DNA from: Fibrobacteria bacterium
Lineage (GTDB): Bacteria; Fibrobacterota; Fibrobacteria; UBA11236
Reading direction: 5' to 3'
Length of the DNA stretch: 64,000 bases
Assembly (NCBI GenBank): GCA_043745805.1
Contig: JAYTSD010000043.1
Span: forward strand, 64,001-128,000
In this document: positions 30,339-41,091 of the stretch, piece after piece
Position numbering within the stretch: the stretch's first letter is position 1
Layout: every line of letters starts with the position of its first letter
Translations under genes and position numbers: made by a program
Notes under the pieces: generated by a model
Database searches by the model: none
Told to the model about the DNA's origin: nothing
Seen by the model: the letters and a program-made list of their open reading frames with translations, nothing else

Positions 30339-31265
30339 ATGTCCAAAACCCTAAGATTTATCATACCCACCGTCGTTTTAATGATCGGACTTTTGTTTTC
30401 AGCCTGCTTATTCAGCAATGATAATAATGGTAGCACTTCAACATTTGTTCTGAAATCTTCTGTAAATTACACAGCGAATGATAGTTTGCTAATCTATGCG
30501 CACAAAGATTCGATTTATAAATCATTTTATTGCGATGCTGGGGGCTTAGTTACCACATACGATACTGCCAAGGCTAGCAAGGATACTATACAATATTCCG
30601 TATCGGGAAATGTTTTTACAATTTATAGTGTGAATGTATTCCAAGACAGTGTGCACGCGATGTTTAAAGTAAAAAGAAATTTTAATTATGCGCGGCAGGG
30701 TTTAGGAAACGGATTGATCGGTTCTTGGCGTCCAGCTTCCTCGAATTATGAAGTTATTGGCGGAACTCTTTCTCCAAGTCAAAAAAAAGAATTAGATCGC
30801 AGTGTGCATGAAGATAGTATGGACATTGCTCCTAATAGTTATCTTATTACCATAACTTCTACTACGCTTGAGTTCTATGTTGATTCGAATCGTAGTAGTT
30901 TTGCAGATAATTTTATTGATGATTGGAATAATGCTGGGAATTCTGGGCTTTTGAATACCGATAGTGCCCGTTATGATATTTCCTTAGTAAAAGTAAACAA
31001 CTCTACAGTGAAACTTACGGGAAATAAAAGCCATGAAGTCGTCACCATCTCGGGAAATATTGATGGAGATAGGACATTTACAAGCAATAACACTGCTCAT
31101 ACCATCCATGTTCATTATGATATTCCTAAATCTTGTCCCAATGATGATGTGCCGGATTGGTATACCAGTTTTTTGTTAGCCAATGCTAAAATTACGATAT
31201 TTGAGAAATTAAGTGCCCAATCTATTTCCAGCACAAAACAGTTTCGAAAACCTTGGGGCTTTTAA
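30339..31265 (+). CDS. hypothetical lipoprotein
   Basis: Probable ATG at 30339 (MSKTLRF...), lipobox LFSAC; no recognised domain. Confidence 0.7.
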   Translation: MSKTLRFIIPTVVLMIGLLFSACLFSNDNNGSTSTFVLKSSVNYTANDSLLIYAHKDSIYKSFYCDAGGLVTTYDTAKASKDTIQYSVSGNVFTIYSVNVFQDSVHAMFKVKRNFNYARQGLGNGLIGSWRPASSNYEVIGGTLSPSQKKELDRSVHEDSMDIAPNSYLITITSTTLEFYVDSNRSSFADNFIDDWNNAGNSGLLNTDSARYDISLVKVNNSTVKLTGNKSHEVVTISGNIDGDRTFTSNNTAHTIHVHYDIPKSCPNDDVPDWYTSFLLANAKITIFEKLSAQSISSTKQFRKPWGF

Positions 31266-31299
31266 AACGCTTCCGAGTATAGGCAGTAGTAAAGAACCT

Positions 31300-31330
31300 A
31301 ATCTCTAAGTATTACTATTACTTAGAGATT
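31300..31330. terminator. hairpin / probable terminator after the lipoprotein gene
   Basis: AATCTCTAAGTA ... TACTTAGAGATT perfect 12-bp inverted repeat. Confidence 0.6.
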
Positions 31331-31862
31331 GTTCAGCTTTATCCTGTTAATCTTATAACCCTGAAAATCCTGATTTGGACAGTTGAGAGGGTGGACGATG
31401 ACCCCGCAGCTAATTGTTAGAAATGTTGCGAGGAGGCCAGAGGAAAATGGCGCCTGAGAATTAAAAATCAGGTAGAAAAAAAAATCCGATATTTGCTTTA
31501 GGAAAAATTGATTTGGATGTTAAAAAGTTGGTGCATTTTTTATCCCTTCTTCCCACAAACCCAACACTAGGGTCACAAGTGAAGTGATCGTTCGCATCGA
31601 AAAGAGAGTCGAATAGATCACATCATGGGGAGGGCATAAAAAAAATGTTTTTATTTTCGCAGTAACAATCGCAACATCGTCTACAGTTTTTAATTAAAGT
31701 ATTATCGACTCCTGATACAATTCATATTGCTCCCTTGCTATTTCGGTCACTGAAAGGGAATCCTAACACAATTTGCACAAGATCCACATCAACCTGTAAT
31801 ATCCGGAAATGATATTTCCCTTCGTGCTAGGAAATTAATCCGATGCACTCTAAGGAGAAAGA

Positions 31863-33614
31863 ATGAAAACTTCCAAACTACTCGCTTGCGGGATACTAGC
31901 AGCCGCTGCTGCTGGTGCCTTCGCAGCGAAGCCTATCAAAATTATTAACCAGGCCAGCTTCCCCTGTCCAACCCCTTCCACAACGCTTAGTCGCGACACC
32001 GTGTACATTATGTCTGGACGTATCTTTGTCGGTCAGAACGCGGGATGCCCACAAGAAATCACAATACAATCGGGAGCAGTTGTAAAGGGCGCGCTAGGCG
32101 AGCTCGGCAATGCCTCTTCATTGATCATTACTAAATGGGGTAAAATCCATGCCATGGGTACTGCAACCCAACCTATCTTGTTCACCACCGTTTTGGATAA
32201 TGAAGACGATGCCAACGACTTAGGTGCTTTTGATCGTTACATGTGGGGTGGCGTGATCTTGCTCGGTAATGCCCGCATTTCCGAAGACTCAGCCTACATT
32301 GAGGGTATCAACTTCGATCCTCGAGGCTCTTATGGTGGATTAAACGACGTTGACAGCTCAGGTGAAATGCACTATGTCTCCATTCGTCATGGTGGCAAGA
32401 TCATCGGTAATGATAACGAAATCAATGGCCTAACTTTCGGTGGAGTAGGTAGCAAGACTGTTATCGACCATATCGAAGTATTCGCTAATGGCGATGACGG
32501 CTTTGAATGGTTCGGCGGCACAGTTAATTGCAAATATTTAGTTTCCGTATACGGAAATGATGATTTGTTTGACTTTGACTTTGGTTACAAAGGCAAGTTG
32601 CAATACGGTTATGGTGCCTTCAGCCCAATGAACCCAGACATTAATGGCGGCGATCAAGGCATTGAAGGCGATGGCTTCGCTTACCCTCTCAATTCCGGTA
32701 ACCAAGGTCTCACGGACACCACTCGCTATTCCAAGCCAAAATGGTCTAACCTTACTCTCATTGGCGCTGGCAATCCCCAGAACACCAATACCGCGAATGA
32801 CTTGGTCTTCCGTCTCCGTGACGGTACGGCTGGTGACTTCAAGAATATGGTTGCACAGGATTGGCGTTTAAACCTTGGCCGTATTGAAAACCAAGGCGGA
32901 ATTCCTTGCAATGCGCCTTGCAGACTTGCCAATGACGAACTCAATGTCGAAGGAAGCGTGTTCTGGAATTTAGGTAATTGGTTCGGTAGCTTCGCTGATG
33001 TTATGGTAGCCGGCATCGGTGCCGATTCTATCGCAGCTAAAAACGTTTATGCTAATCCTTTATTGAACAGCATGCCAAACGGCGCGAACTGGACTACCAA
33101 TTCCATCGACCCTCGTCCATCCCCAACCGGCCCTGCGGTAACAACCACGCATTACCAAATGCCAGTCGATGGTTTCTTCGAACCCGTGACCTATGCCGGC
33201 GCTTTCAGCCCTACCGAAAAGAGCTGGATGGAAGGCTGGACCGCTATTTCTCAGATGGGAATTGCCAAAAAATACTTGCTTACCCAACCTGAAGGCGGCA
33301 CTGAACTAAAACCCGCTAGGTTGTATACTCCAGCAGCATGGGATTTTGTACTCACTCAAACTGGTTTGAACGGCGCTATCAACGTTGCACAATCCGGAGC
33401 TTGGCTGGACGGCAATGACGTGAGCGGAACCTTTCAATCTGCCATTTTCCCTTTCCCAACTGTTCTCGGTAATGGCGATCGAGTTTACAAAGCCAATGGT
33501 CAAACTGGTGCAGTCTTTGGCGCTCCAGGCAAACATAACCTTCGAGTGAAGTTGGTGATCGCCGCGACTAATCAAGTCATCGACGAGACCAGCTACTGGG
33601 TAACGAACCCTTAA
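31863..33614 (+). CDS. secreted parallel beta-helix-like protein of the TBDR-associated 'NGLTxGGVG...DDGxExFGG' family
   Basis: AAGGAG SD; signal peptide; WGGVILLGNA, NEINGLTFGGVG, DDGFEWFGGTVN; separate C-terminal domain of about 110 aa. Confidence 0.75.
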   Translation: MKTSKLLACGILAAAAAGAFAAKPIKIINQASFPCPTPSTTLSRDTVYIMSGRIFVGQNAGCPQEITIQSGAVVKGALGELGNASSLIITKWGKIHAMGTATQPILFTTVLDNEDDANDLGAFDRYMWGGVILLGNARISEDSAYIEGINFDPRGSYGGLNDVDSSGEMHYVSIRHGGKIIGNDNEINGLTFGGVGSKTVIDHIEVFANGDDGFEWFGGTVNCKYLVSVYGNDDLFDFDFGYKGKLQYGYGAFSPMNPDINGGDQGIEGDGFAYPLNSGNQGLTDTTRYSKPKWSNLTLIGAGNPQNTNTANDLVFRLRDGTAGDFKNMVAQDWRLNLGRIENQGGIPCNAPCRLANDELNVEGSVFWNLGNWFGSFADVMVAGIGADSIAAKNVYANPLLNSMPNGANWTTNSIDPRPSPTGPAVTTTHYQMPVDGFFEPVTYAGAFSPTEKSWMEGWTAISQMGIAKKYLLTQPEGGTELKPARLYTPAAWDFVLTQTGLNGAINVAQSGAWLDGNDVSGTFQSAIFPFPTVLGNGDRVYKANGQTGAVFGAPGKHNLRVKLVIAATNQVIDETSYWVTNP

Positions 33615-33644
33615 TTCGTAGATCTTTGGATCGACTATCTTTTC

Positions 33645-33676
33645 GGATCGAGGGCAGCCGCCCCCGATCTTTTTTT
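33645..33676 (+). terminator. intrinsic terminator
   Basis: GATCGAGGGC-AGCC-GCCCCCGATC followed by T7. Confidence 0.75.
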
Positions 33677-33763
33677 CATCTAGAAACCCAATCTCCTCGA
33701 AATAATTTCTCCGCAACATATCAGTAACCGTTTTGAAAATCCTTTCTAGTACAGTTTCCCCCT

Positions 33764-36700
33764 ATGAAACTAGAAATCCGCCACCTTCTGCAAATCTTAC
33801 CCCTTTTCCTTATTGTTGCCTGTTGCACCGCCGGTACCTTGGATACGCTTTCCAATCGGAACTTCGTCCCCGTCCTCGATCTGGATTCTCTAATCGCAGA
33901 TACCCTCGGCATCCCAGCGAAGCAAGCGGAAAAACGTCTGAACAGCGCGAGCAGTAGCACTGCCAATGTGCATAACACTGTGAGAGACTCGACGGCTAAG
34001 ACGGACACTGTCACAAAATCCACTTCATCGGGTATTGTCTTCAATTCCGGCCTCAAAGGAGACCGAGGAATTTTGCGCGGCCTCGTACTCAGTGTCGATG
34101 GCGCTAAGCCTATAGCCGACGTCTCCATTAACCTGCAACGGGATACCATAAGGCTTTCGACGTCTACCGATGCGGCAGGCCTATATCGTATCGTCGGCAT
34201 CCCGCCGGGCGTTTGGAAAATTACCATACTGCGAAAAGGCTATGAGACCAAATTGATGGACGCAGAATCGGTCACAGCCGGCGAAGACCGTGTGATGGAA
34301 ATCCAATTAGAGCGTAAAATCCTGAAAGGCCAATTGGTGCAAGCGACATCGGGAAGGAAGGCCGGAAGCTCCCAAGATATCCTGACTAAGCGCAAGCAGG
34401 CTGCTGCCGTAATGGAAGGCGTCTCCGCAGAGAAGATTGCCAAAACCACTGACTCGGATGCTGGCGCCATCGCCAGGCGCATCACGGGCACCTCGCTGGT
34501 AGGTGGGAAATATATCTATGTGCGTGGGTTGGGTGAACGGTACACCAATATGACATTGAATGGGCTCCCAGTGCCTTCGCCGGAAAAGGATAAGCGGGTT
34601 GTTCCGCAAGATCTATTCCCAGCGGGAGCCTTGGAAAGTTTCTCCATTTACAAAACCTTCGTTCCTGATCTTTATTCCGATTTCGCGGGCGGTTCAGTTG
34701 CTTTGGTTACCAAGGGGATCCCCGAAAAGTCTTTTTTCAAAGTCAGCCTTTCCACCTCTAATTATTATCATGGGCGCTTGGACAGCGCTAATTACTTAAC
34801 CGCTTACCGTGAAGAGGCGCCGAAGAATGGCTTAGCCCCAGAAGCGCGTCCAGCCGGATGGATTGTGGGTGACCGTCGCTTAACCTATAATGGCGGTAAT
34901 ACCTTTTGGGGTTTTGACGATGGCACTCGATCCTTACCAAAAGGTTTTCCCGGAAGCATTCCTAGGGGACTTTCCGAGACCGCTGCCCAGGAGGCCCGCA
35001 ACAAGGGATTACCTGGCTACTCCACGAATGAGCGCATTCAACTGGCCAACGAACTATCCAATGTGTACGCCATTGACACAGCGAAGATAAAATCTCCCAC
35101 GAATTTCACGATATCTGGTGGAAGCGTATTCCCAGCTCCTGGCGACGGAAAATTCGGATACCTCGCTACCCTCGGCTTCAAGAATAAGTACGATCAGAAC
35201 CTGGTGGAGAAGCAAGATGTGGTCTTAGCCAATGCATATGTCGATGTGTCGGAGTTCAATACCCGATTGCAGATGAATGTGGTTCGCCGGGCGCAACTAT
35301 TTGATACGGTTCAGTCTGATTCGGGCCCCGTTGCCGTCCCCGTAAGCTCTCTGCAGCCTGGTATCACTGCTCAAAACGATCAAGGGACTTATGAAGCGCA
35401 ATTGACTGGCATGCTGAATATGCGCTATGAAAATCCCAACTGGGCCGTCTGGTGGAAAAATTTCGCTATTAATCTCGGCACGGATCATGCCAACATCACA
35501 CACAGCTACGTTTCCCCTCGCGCAGGAGGCCAAGTTACTGGCCAAGGAAGCCCGTATGAAGAGCGCTCTTTATTGGAATTCAATCGGCGGGATTTGATTT
35601 GTAGCCAAGTGGGGGGCGAGGCCTATGTCGGCAAGGGATTAATGGATTCCGTAACCTGGGCGGCGGGACTTTCAAACGTCACTGGAGAAACCCCAGACAG
35701 TCGCCGCTATATTTATAGTCAGTCCGTGGTAAAACCGGAACAGGCGTTCGAATTTCGCAATACCGATGTTTGGGGCACACGCATTTACGAATCGCTGGAT
35801 GAAGTGGCCGCGGCAGCTCGTGTCGACGCTATGCTGATCATTCCTCCGGAATATGCTTCGCGTGACACTTTTTTCCTTGAAGGCCAAATTTTCTCCCATC
35901 TCGCTCTGCCCACCTTTACTACCGGTCTTGCTTGGAATGGCAGGAAACGGCATTTTAATGCCACCCGTTATGCGTACAATGATGCTCGGTCACTAACAGG
36001 CCTAAAATTAGAACAGATTCGCGCGCCGGATTCTTTGTCCCGGGACATTACCGAAGGAGTATCCGATTTTTCCACCGGCCCAAAAGATTACGACACTTAC
36101 AATGCGAGTGAAATCCAGGCCGCGTCTTATTTGGCGAGCTCCATTTCTGCGCGTTTGTGGGATATTCCGTTGGGATTGGATGGGGGAGTAAGGGCAGAGT
36201 GGTACAATTTTAAACTACGGGCGCCATACACAGGGATCAACGAAGGTCAACCTGACAAGAAGATCAAAATTGGGGAGTGGGCGGCCTACCCGACGGTCGG
36301 CATTTGGATTCAGCCGACGCGCCCTTTGAAGTTACGTTTGCAATATGCACAAACCGCCGTTCGCCCAGAAATCCGCGAAGTAGCCCCTACTGCATTCGCG
36401 GACTTTACTAGCGGACGTACCATCTTAGGGAATCCGGATTTGCAAAAGACTAGGGTGATCCATTATGATACCCGCGCTGATTTGTATTTGCCTTTCCAGC
36501 AAACTATTTCCGTCTCGCTCTTTTACAAGGACTTCACTAAGCCGGTGGAAACGTCCGTCGACATTGATAAGATTGAATCTCAACAAAATGCTCAAGGTGC
36601 TTATGTGAAAGGCGTCGAATTCGAAGCGGTCATTAATCCCGGCCATTTGCTCGACGGGCTGGATCTATCACTTGCCTGGCTACAAGGGTTGGAGATTTCC

Positions 36701-37180
36701 GGAAACCTGGCACTGATGCAGTCAGAAGTGAGTCTCCGAAAGGAATCTAGTGGAGTCAATACCTCCAAACGCCGGCCCATGGTGGGACAGGCTCCTTATT
36801 TGATCAACCTATCCCTCACCCACGAAGCCGAAGCCGGGCCATTTGCCTTTCTCAATGCGGTATTGTTCAACCTAGCCGGGGAACGTATACACATCGCTGG
36901 AACTCAAGGACTACCGGATATCACGGAAAAACCCTATGCCAGTCTAGAATCCCTGCACCGCTTCACGTTTTGGAAGCGCACTGAGCTAAGCGTGCGCGTC
37001 AAAAATTGGCTAAGGCAATCTAAAGAATTTCGGGTCAAGGAATACAACGATAAACTTATTTATCATACTCTAACACCTGAGCAATACCAAGCCACATTTG
37101 GTAAGGTCGAACGTTACTTAACCCTTGAGCGCACCCAGGAAGGCCTTTCGGTAGAAGTTAATTTATCATGTCAACTGTAA
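33764..37180 (+). CDS. TonB-dependent receptor with N-terminal carboxypeptidase-regulatory-like domain
   Basis: Plug motifs [29 protein letters not shown]...FAGG; barrel features [13 protein letters not shown]. Confidence 0.92.
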   Translation: MKLEIRHLLQILPLFLIVACCTAGTLDTLSNRNFVPVLDLDSLIADTLGIPAKQAEKRLNSASSSTANVHNTVRDSTAKTDTVTKSTSSGIVFNSGLKGDRGILRGLVLSVDGAKPIADVSINLQRDTIRLSTSTDAAGLYRIVGIPPGVWKITILRKGYETKLMDAESVTAGEDRVMEIQLERKILKGQLVQATSGRKAGSSQDILTKRKQAAAVMEGVSAEKIAKTTDSDAGAIARRITGTSLVGGKYIYVRGLGERYTNMTLNGLPVPSPEKDKRVVPQDLFPAGALESFSIYKTFVPDLYSDFAGGSVALVTKGIPEKSFFKVSLSTSNYYHGRLDSANYLTAYREEAPKNGLAPEARPAGWIVGDRRLTYNGGNTFWGFDDGTRSLPKGFPGSIPRGLSETAAQEARNKGLPGYSTNERIQLANELSNVYAIDTAKIKSPTNFTISGGSVFPAPGDGKFGYLATLGFKNKYDQNLVEKQDVVLANAYVDVSEFNTRLQMNVVRRAQLFDTVQSDSGPVAVPVSSLQPGITAQNDQGTYEAQLTGMLNMRYENPNWAVWWKNFAINLGTDHANITHSYVSPRAGGQVTGQGSPYEERSLLEFNRRDLICSQVGGEAYVGKGLMDSVTWAAGLSNVTGETPDSRRYIYSQSVVKPEQAFEFRNTDVWGTRIYESLDEVAAAARVDAMLIIPPEYASRDTFFLEGQIFSHLALPTFTTGLAWNGRKRHFNATRYAYNDARSLTGLKLEQIRAPDSLSRDITEGVSDFSTGPKDYDTYNASEIQAASYLASSISARLWDIPLGLDGGVRAEWYNFKLRAPYTGINEGQPDKKIKIGEWAAYPTVGIWIQPTRPLKLRLQYAQTAVRPEIREVAPTAFADFTSGRTILGNPDLQKTRVIHYDTRADLYLPFQQTISVSLFYKDFTKPVETSVDIDKIESQQNAQGAYVKGVEFEAVINPGHLLDGLDLSLAWLQGLEISGNLALMQSEVSLRKESSGVNTSKRRPMVGQAPYLINLSLTHEAEAGPFAFLNAVLFNLAGERIHIAGTQGLPDITEKPYASLESLHRFTFWKRTELSVRVKNWLRQSKEFRVKEYNDKLIYHTLTPEQYQATFGKVERYLTLERTQEGLSVEVNLSCQL

Positions 37181-37306
37181 TGAAATGGCGTTGCAATAAA
37201 TTGGGGCCTCGTTTGAAATGTCGCGTTATGATCTTTTACCCATTATTCCATCGGTAATTAAAATCCGGAGGATTCGACCAACACCACCCCATGGGAGACC
37301 ACCAAT

Positions 37307-40300
37307 ATGTTAAAATCGATATTATTAAAACCTTTTTTGCTGAGTGGAGCCATTGCCGCTACGCTTGGAGCGCAATTAGCAATTGCTGCTTTGCCGACCA
37401 AGGATATTCCAACCAAAAAGTCCGTAGGCGGTAGCCCCGCGGATAGCATTGTGGTAAATACTCGGCTTACCAATGATACAATTTGGATACTGAACGGCTA
37501 CACAATGGTCAAGTCCGGTGTCACCCTCACCATTGATCCGGGTACCACTATCCAGCCTAGTTTAACCAATCGCGGCACTTTGATGGTGGATCGTGGCGGG
37601 TACTTGGTGGCTGCGGGCACCAAAGCACAGCCCATTACCTTTCAGTGCGAGAAAAATTCGGATGGCACCCCAGCCGAACGTGGACAATGGGGCGGTATCG
37701 TAATGCTCGGAAAGGCACGAAGCAACCAACAAATTGGAGGTGGCTTACTCCAATATGAAGCTTTGGGCTGGGCCAAATTCGGCGCGAAAACAACTGACCT
37801 TGATCCCAACAACGACTCTTCTGGTGTGCTCACCTATGTACGTCTTGACGGACCCGGATTCCCGATTGCTGTGGACCGTGAGTTAAATGGAATCACCTTA
37901 TGCGCAGTAGGCAGAAAAACCTTAATCCACCATGTTCAGGTTGATCGTGGAGATGACGACGGTATTGAGTTTTTCGGAGGATCGGCCAATGCCGACCATA
38001 TGGTGATAACCAACCAAACAGATGACAGCTACGATGTGGATCAAGGGTATAGCGGAACCATCGATTATATGATAGGGATACAGAGGACTGAGGCACCTAG
38101 GCTTCGAGACCCAGGTAGCACTCTCCCGTTTGAACCGGTGGGCGATTTTGGGATTGAATGCAGCAGCACCTCCGCACCCGGTATTCGCCCTTTGAATGCT
38201 CTTCATTTCTCTCATATTACTTTGATAGACAATGGCGGTTATGATGGAGCCATGGAAGACAAGGAAGAATGCGCCGGCACTTTTGAGAAAATGGTTGTTG
38301 TGGCTGGAGGTGCTGCCAAGGATAAGCCATCGGGCTGGGCCTTCCGGATCACAGGCGATGGTACTGCCGCGAATATTACTTCGTCCCCTTCCAGCTTAAC
38401 TTATAGCGACGTTTTCCTAACCGGAAAGTGGACTGAACTTTATACTTTTTTAGGCCTTACCGGTACCCCAGCACAAGTGGCTGTCCAAAAAGCATTGGTC
38501 ACATCCATCTTGAACACTGAGATTAAAAACTATCCCTATGATGCTGTGAATTCCTACGGCCTATATAAAGATTTGACACCTTCAAATACCGATATCATCG
38601 CGGCCAAGTCCGGCGCCATTGTAGACGGAGATCTCTGGTATCAAGACTGGACTCTTCCTGGCACTATGGAATTCCCCTTGGGAGATCGCTTCAATGTTGA
38701 AGACCCCTCCGCAACCTTAACTCGTACACCTACGACCGATCTGACCTCCCCAGGTAGCTTCACCTTAAACGCTACTGCTACAGATCCCGATGATATTGCC
38801 AAGTTGGAAATACTTCAAGATGGCCTTGTCTTGGCATCGGCCACCACCGGAGCGGTTTCTTTCAATGTCGTTAATGCCCAGGCTGGCACGATTGTATATA
38901 CTGTCCGCGCTACGGATAAGCATCCCTATAAAGTGAGGACTTCCACGCAAGCCCTGTCGGTAACTGTCACCAATCTTCCCCCTGTCGTGACAATTGATAC
39001 GGCCTCTGCGCAGAACTTGGTTCAACCAGCCAGCTTTACTTTGAAAACCAGCGCCACAGATGCTGATGGTATTGCCACCTTAGAAATTCTTGAAGGGTCT
39101 ACAGTACTCAGCTCAAATACCAATTCCGGAACCTTGAATTTCGATCTCACCAACGTTTCGGCTGGCCTACACAAATATAGCGTTCGCGCCAAAGATAAAA
39201 GTGCCACGAATCCGTTGACTGCAACATCGGAAATGCTCATCTTTGTGGCTCCCCCTCCAGCTAACAAAGCCCCGGTGATAACGTCCTTCGGTCGCACGGG
39301 AGAGACCCTCATAGCAAATGCCAGCTTTACGCTCAATGCTGCTGCCACGGATTCGGATGGAGCAATTGCCAGCATGCAAATTCTAGAAGGCAATCAGGTT
39401 TTGGCTTCCAGCGCTAGCGGTACAATTTCCTTCGCAGTCCCTGATAAAGCTGCTGGCAATTATTCCTATCTCTTGAAAGTCACAGATAACCATGCTTCCG
39501 ATCCCCGTACGGTTGTCCAAGTTCTAAACGTAGTGGTATTTGCTCAGCCGCCGGCAGAAAACGTAGCCGGTCCGGTTATCAATATCACTCGCACAGGCAA
39601 TGATACCCTAATGGAACCCGCCAGCTTCACACTCAACGCAACGGCCGATGACCCCAATGGGATCGATACCGTGCAAATCCTAGTGAACGGCGAAGTTAAG
39701 GCCACAGGCACTTCGTTAACCTTAAGCTTCCCAATTTCCAATATGGTTGCTGGAACTTACAAGTACACCATCAAGGCTAAGGATAAGCATGCGACGGATC
39801 CCAAGTGGTCCAGTAAAGATTTCGATGTTGTGGTAGCTGCCAACGCGGCTCCGAGCATAGTTAGCTTTTCTCGGAGCGGAGAACCCAATCTTGTAGGCAC
39901 TGCGGCCTTTACTATGAGTGCCGTGGCCGCGGATTTGGATGGAATCGCCTCTTTGCAAATTCTGATTGGCAACACCGTCTTGGGCACCAGCAGCAATGGT
40001 GTACTTTCGGTTCAGATTAATAACCTTTTGCCAGGTAGTTATACCTATACCGTCAAAGCCACGGATAAGAATAGTGCCAATCCCAAGGTGACGACGCAGG
40101 AACTGAAAGTGACTGTTGAGGCTGTTGTTGTATCCATCGCCATTCCTCTGCGCGACCTGAGCGGCATTCGCTTCTCGTCAAGTCAAGGACAGAATCTGAT
40201 CATTGAATCTGAGGGCATTGGTTACGTCAAACTGGTAGTGTGGAACCTTTCCGGGCACAAAGTCAGCGCGCGTAATGTGCGCCTTGAGCAGGGGCAGAAT

Positions 40301-40399
40301 GCCGTTTTCATGGGTAACCTGCGCGGATTGCATATTGTACGTCTAACCAGCGGCAAGGAATCACGTTCCGCCCGCATTGTATTCAATCCTAATAATTAA
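37307..40399 (+). CDS. secreted beta-helix-like protein (paralog of 31863..33614) with five Ig-like repeats and a T9SS-type C-terminal domain
   Basis: WGGIVMLGKA, RELNGITLCAVG, DDGIEFFGG; five SFTLxAxAxDxDGIxxxxIL repeats; CTD-like VWNLSGHKV...GLHIVRL. Confidence 0.8.
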   Translation: MLKSILLKPFLLSGAIAATLGAQLAIAALPTKDIPTKKSVGGSPADSIVVNTRLTNDTIWILNGYTMVKSGVTLTIDPGTTIQPSLTNRGTLMVDRGGYLVAAGTKAQPITFQCEKNSDGTPAERGQWGGIVMLGKARSNQQIGGGLLQYEALGWAKFGAKTTDLDPNNDSSGVLTYVRLDGPGFPIAVDRELNGITLCAVGRKTLIHHVQVDRGDDDGIEFFGGSANADHMVITNQTDDSYDVDQGYSGTIDYMIGIQRTEAPRLRDPGSTLPFEPVGDFGIECSSTSAPGIRPLNALHFSHITLIDNGGYDGAMEDKEECAGTFEKMVVVAGGAAKDKPSGWAFRITGDGTAANITSSPSSLTYSDVFLTGKWTELYTFLGLTGTPAQVAVQKALVTSILNTEIKNYPYDAVNSYGLYKDLTPSNTDIIAAKSGAIVDGDLWYQDWTLPGTMEFPLGDRFNVEDPSATLTRTPTTDLTSPGSFTLNATATDPDDIAKLEILQDGLVLASATTGAVSFNVVNAQAGTIVYTVRATDKHPYKVRTSTQALSVTVTNLPPVVTIDTASAQNLVQPASFTLKTSATDADGIATLEILEGSTVLSSNTNSGTLNFDLTNVSAGLHKYSVRAKDKSATNPLTATSEMLIFVAPPPANKAPVITSFGRTGETLIANASFTLNAAATDSDGAIASMQILEGNQVLASSASGTISFAVPDKAAGNYSYLLKVTDNHASDPRTVVQVLNVVVFAQPPAENVAGPVINITRTGNDTLMEPASFTLNATADDPNGIDTVQILVNGEVKATGTSLTLSFPISNMVAGTYKYTIKAKDKHATDPKWSSKDFDVVVAANAAPSIVSFSRSGEPNLVGTAAFTMSAVAADLDGIASLQILIGNTVLGTSSNGVLSVQINNLLPGSYTYTVKATDKNSANPKVTTQELKVTVEAVVVSIAIPLRDLSGIRFSSSQGQNLIIESEGIGYVKLVVWNLSGHKVSARNVRLEQGQNAVFMGNLRGLHIVRLTSGKESRSARIVFNPNN
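38704..40120 (+). repeat. five tandem Ig-like (Big) domain repeats of about 95-100 aa
   Basis: Recurring (P)ASFTLNAxAxDxDG...GxYxYxVxAxDK motif; boundaries approximate. Confidence 0.75.
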
Positions 40400-40434
40400 T
40401 TTGTATAGCTTTGCCTGAAGGGAAAAAGAGGAAT

Positions 40435-41025
40435 ATGTCGACATTTATTAATCGTAAAGCGTTGGCAGGCCTCTGCCTTTCTGGCGGCCTTTTACTCCTA
40501 TCGGCTGAGAGCGTCCAGGGTATTCCTGGCCGTTTTCGGGCCGCTTCTATCATCGAAGACAGTATTCCGCAATTAGGCCGCATCGCGCATTCGCCCGATC
40601 AACTCATTCGCAATGCCATATCTCGACTTCTCGATCGGGACCTTTTGGGCTTAATCCTGATGGGCCCTGATCCTGAATTACTCATGACCATTTATAAGAA
40701 AACGCCTGAAGGCAAAAAAGCCGGCGAAGTCGAATTGAATTTTATTCGTGAATTTTATTACATGGACAATGGAAAATTATTGAGCCGCAGTGTGGAAAAA
40801 TACGGCGGAAAAAACCTCGAGCTAATTTCTTGGAAAACCAATACCCCCCCAGTTCAGTTGGACGGTGGCGGTAAAATATTACGCGACCTTGAAATTTGGG
40901 TCATGGATTTTAAAACCCATTCCAAAGAAAAAATATCCTTTGTGCAAAGTATCTACGTGGATCCGAAAGGATGTAAAATCTGGGGATTCCAGGATCATAA
41001 GGGCGGCCAGGAAACGAACCACTAA
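40435..41025 (+). CDS. hypothetical exported protein
   Basis: GAGG SD before ATG 40435; signal-peptide-like N-terminus; co-oriented in the cluster. Confidence 0.65.
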   Translation: MSTFINRKALAGLCLSGGLLLLSAESVQGIPGRFRAASIIEDSIPQLGRIAHSPDQLIRNAISRLLDRDLLGLILMGPDPELLMTIYKKTPEGKKAGEVELNFIREFYYMDNGKLLSRSVEKYGGKNLELISWKTNTPPVQLDGGGKILRDLEIWVMDFKTHSKEKISFVQSIYVDPKGCKIWGFQDHKGGQETNH

Positions 41026-41091
41026 TATGCCTTTTGTCTCCCTATATTGAGCGACATTCTTATGCATACCCACAATTCCAAGATTGACTTT

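Noticed and set aside
31661..31810. Pho box upstream of 31863
   Set aside because: Repeats (GTAACA/GCAACA, CACA x3) are spaced 9-10 bp rather than 11; not supportable by eye
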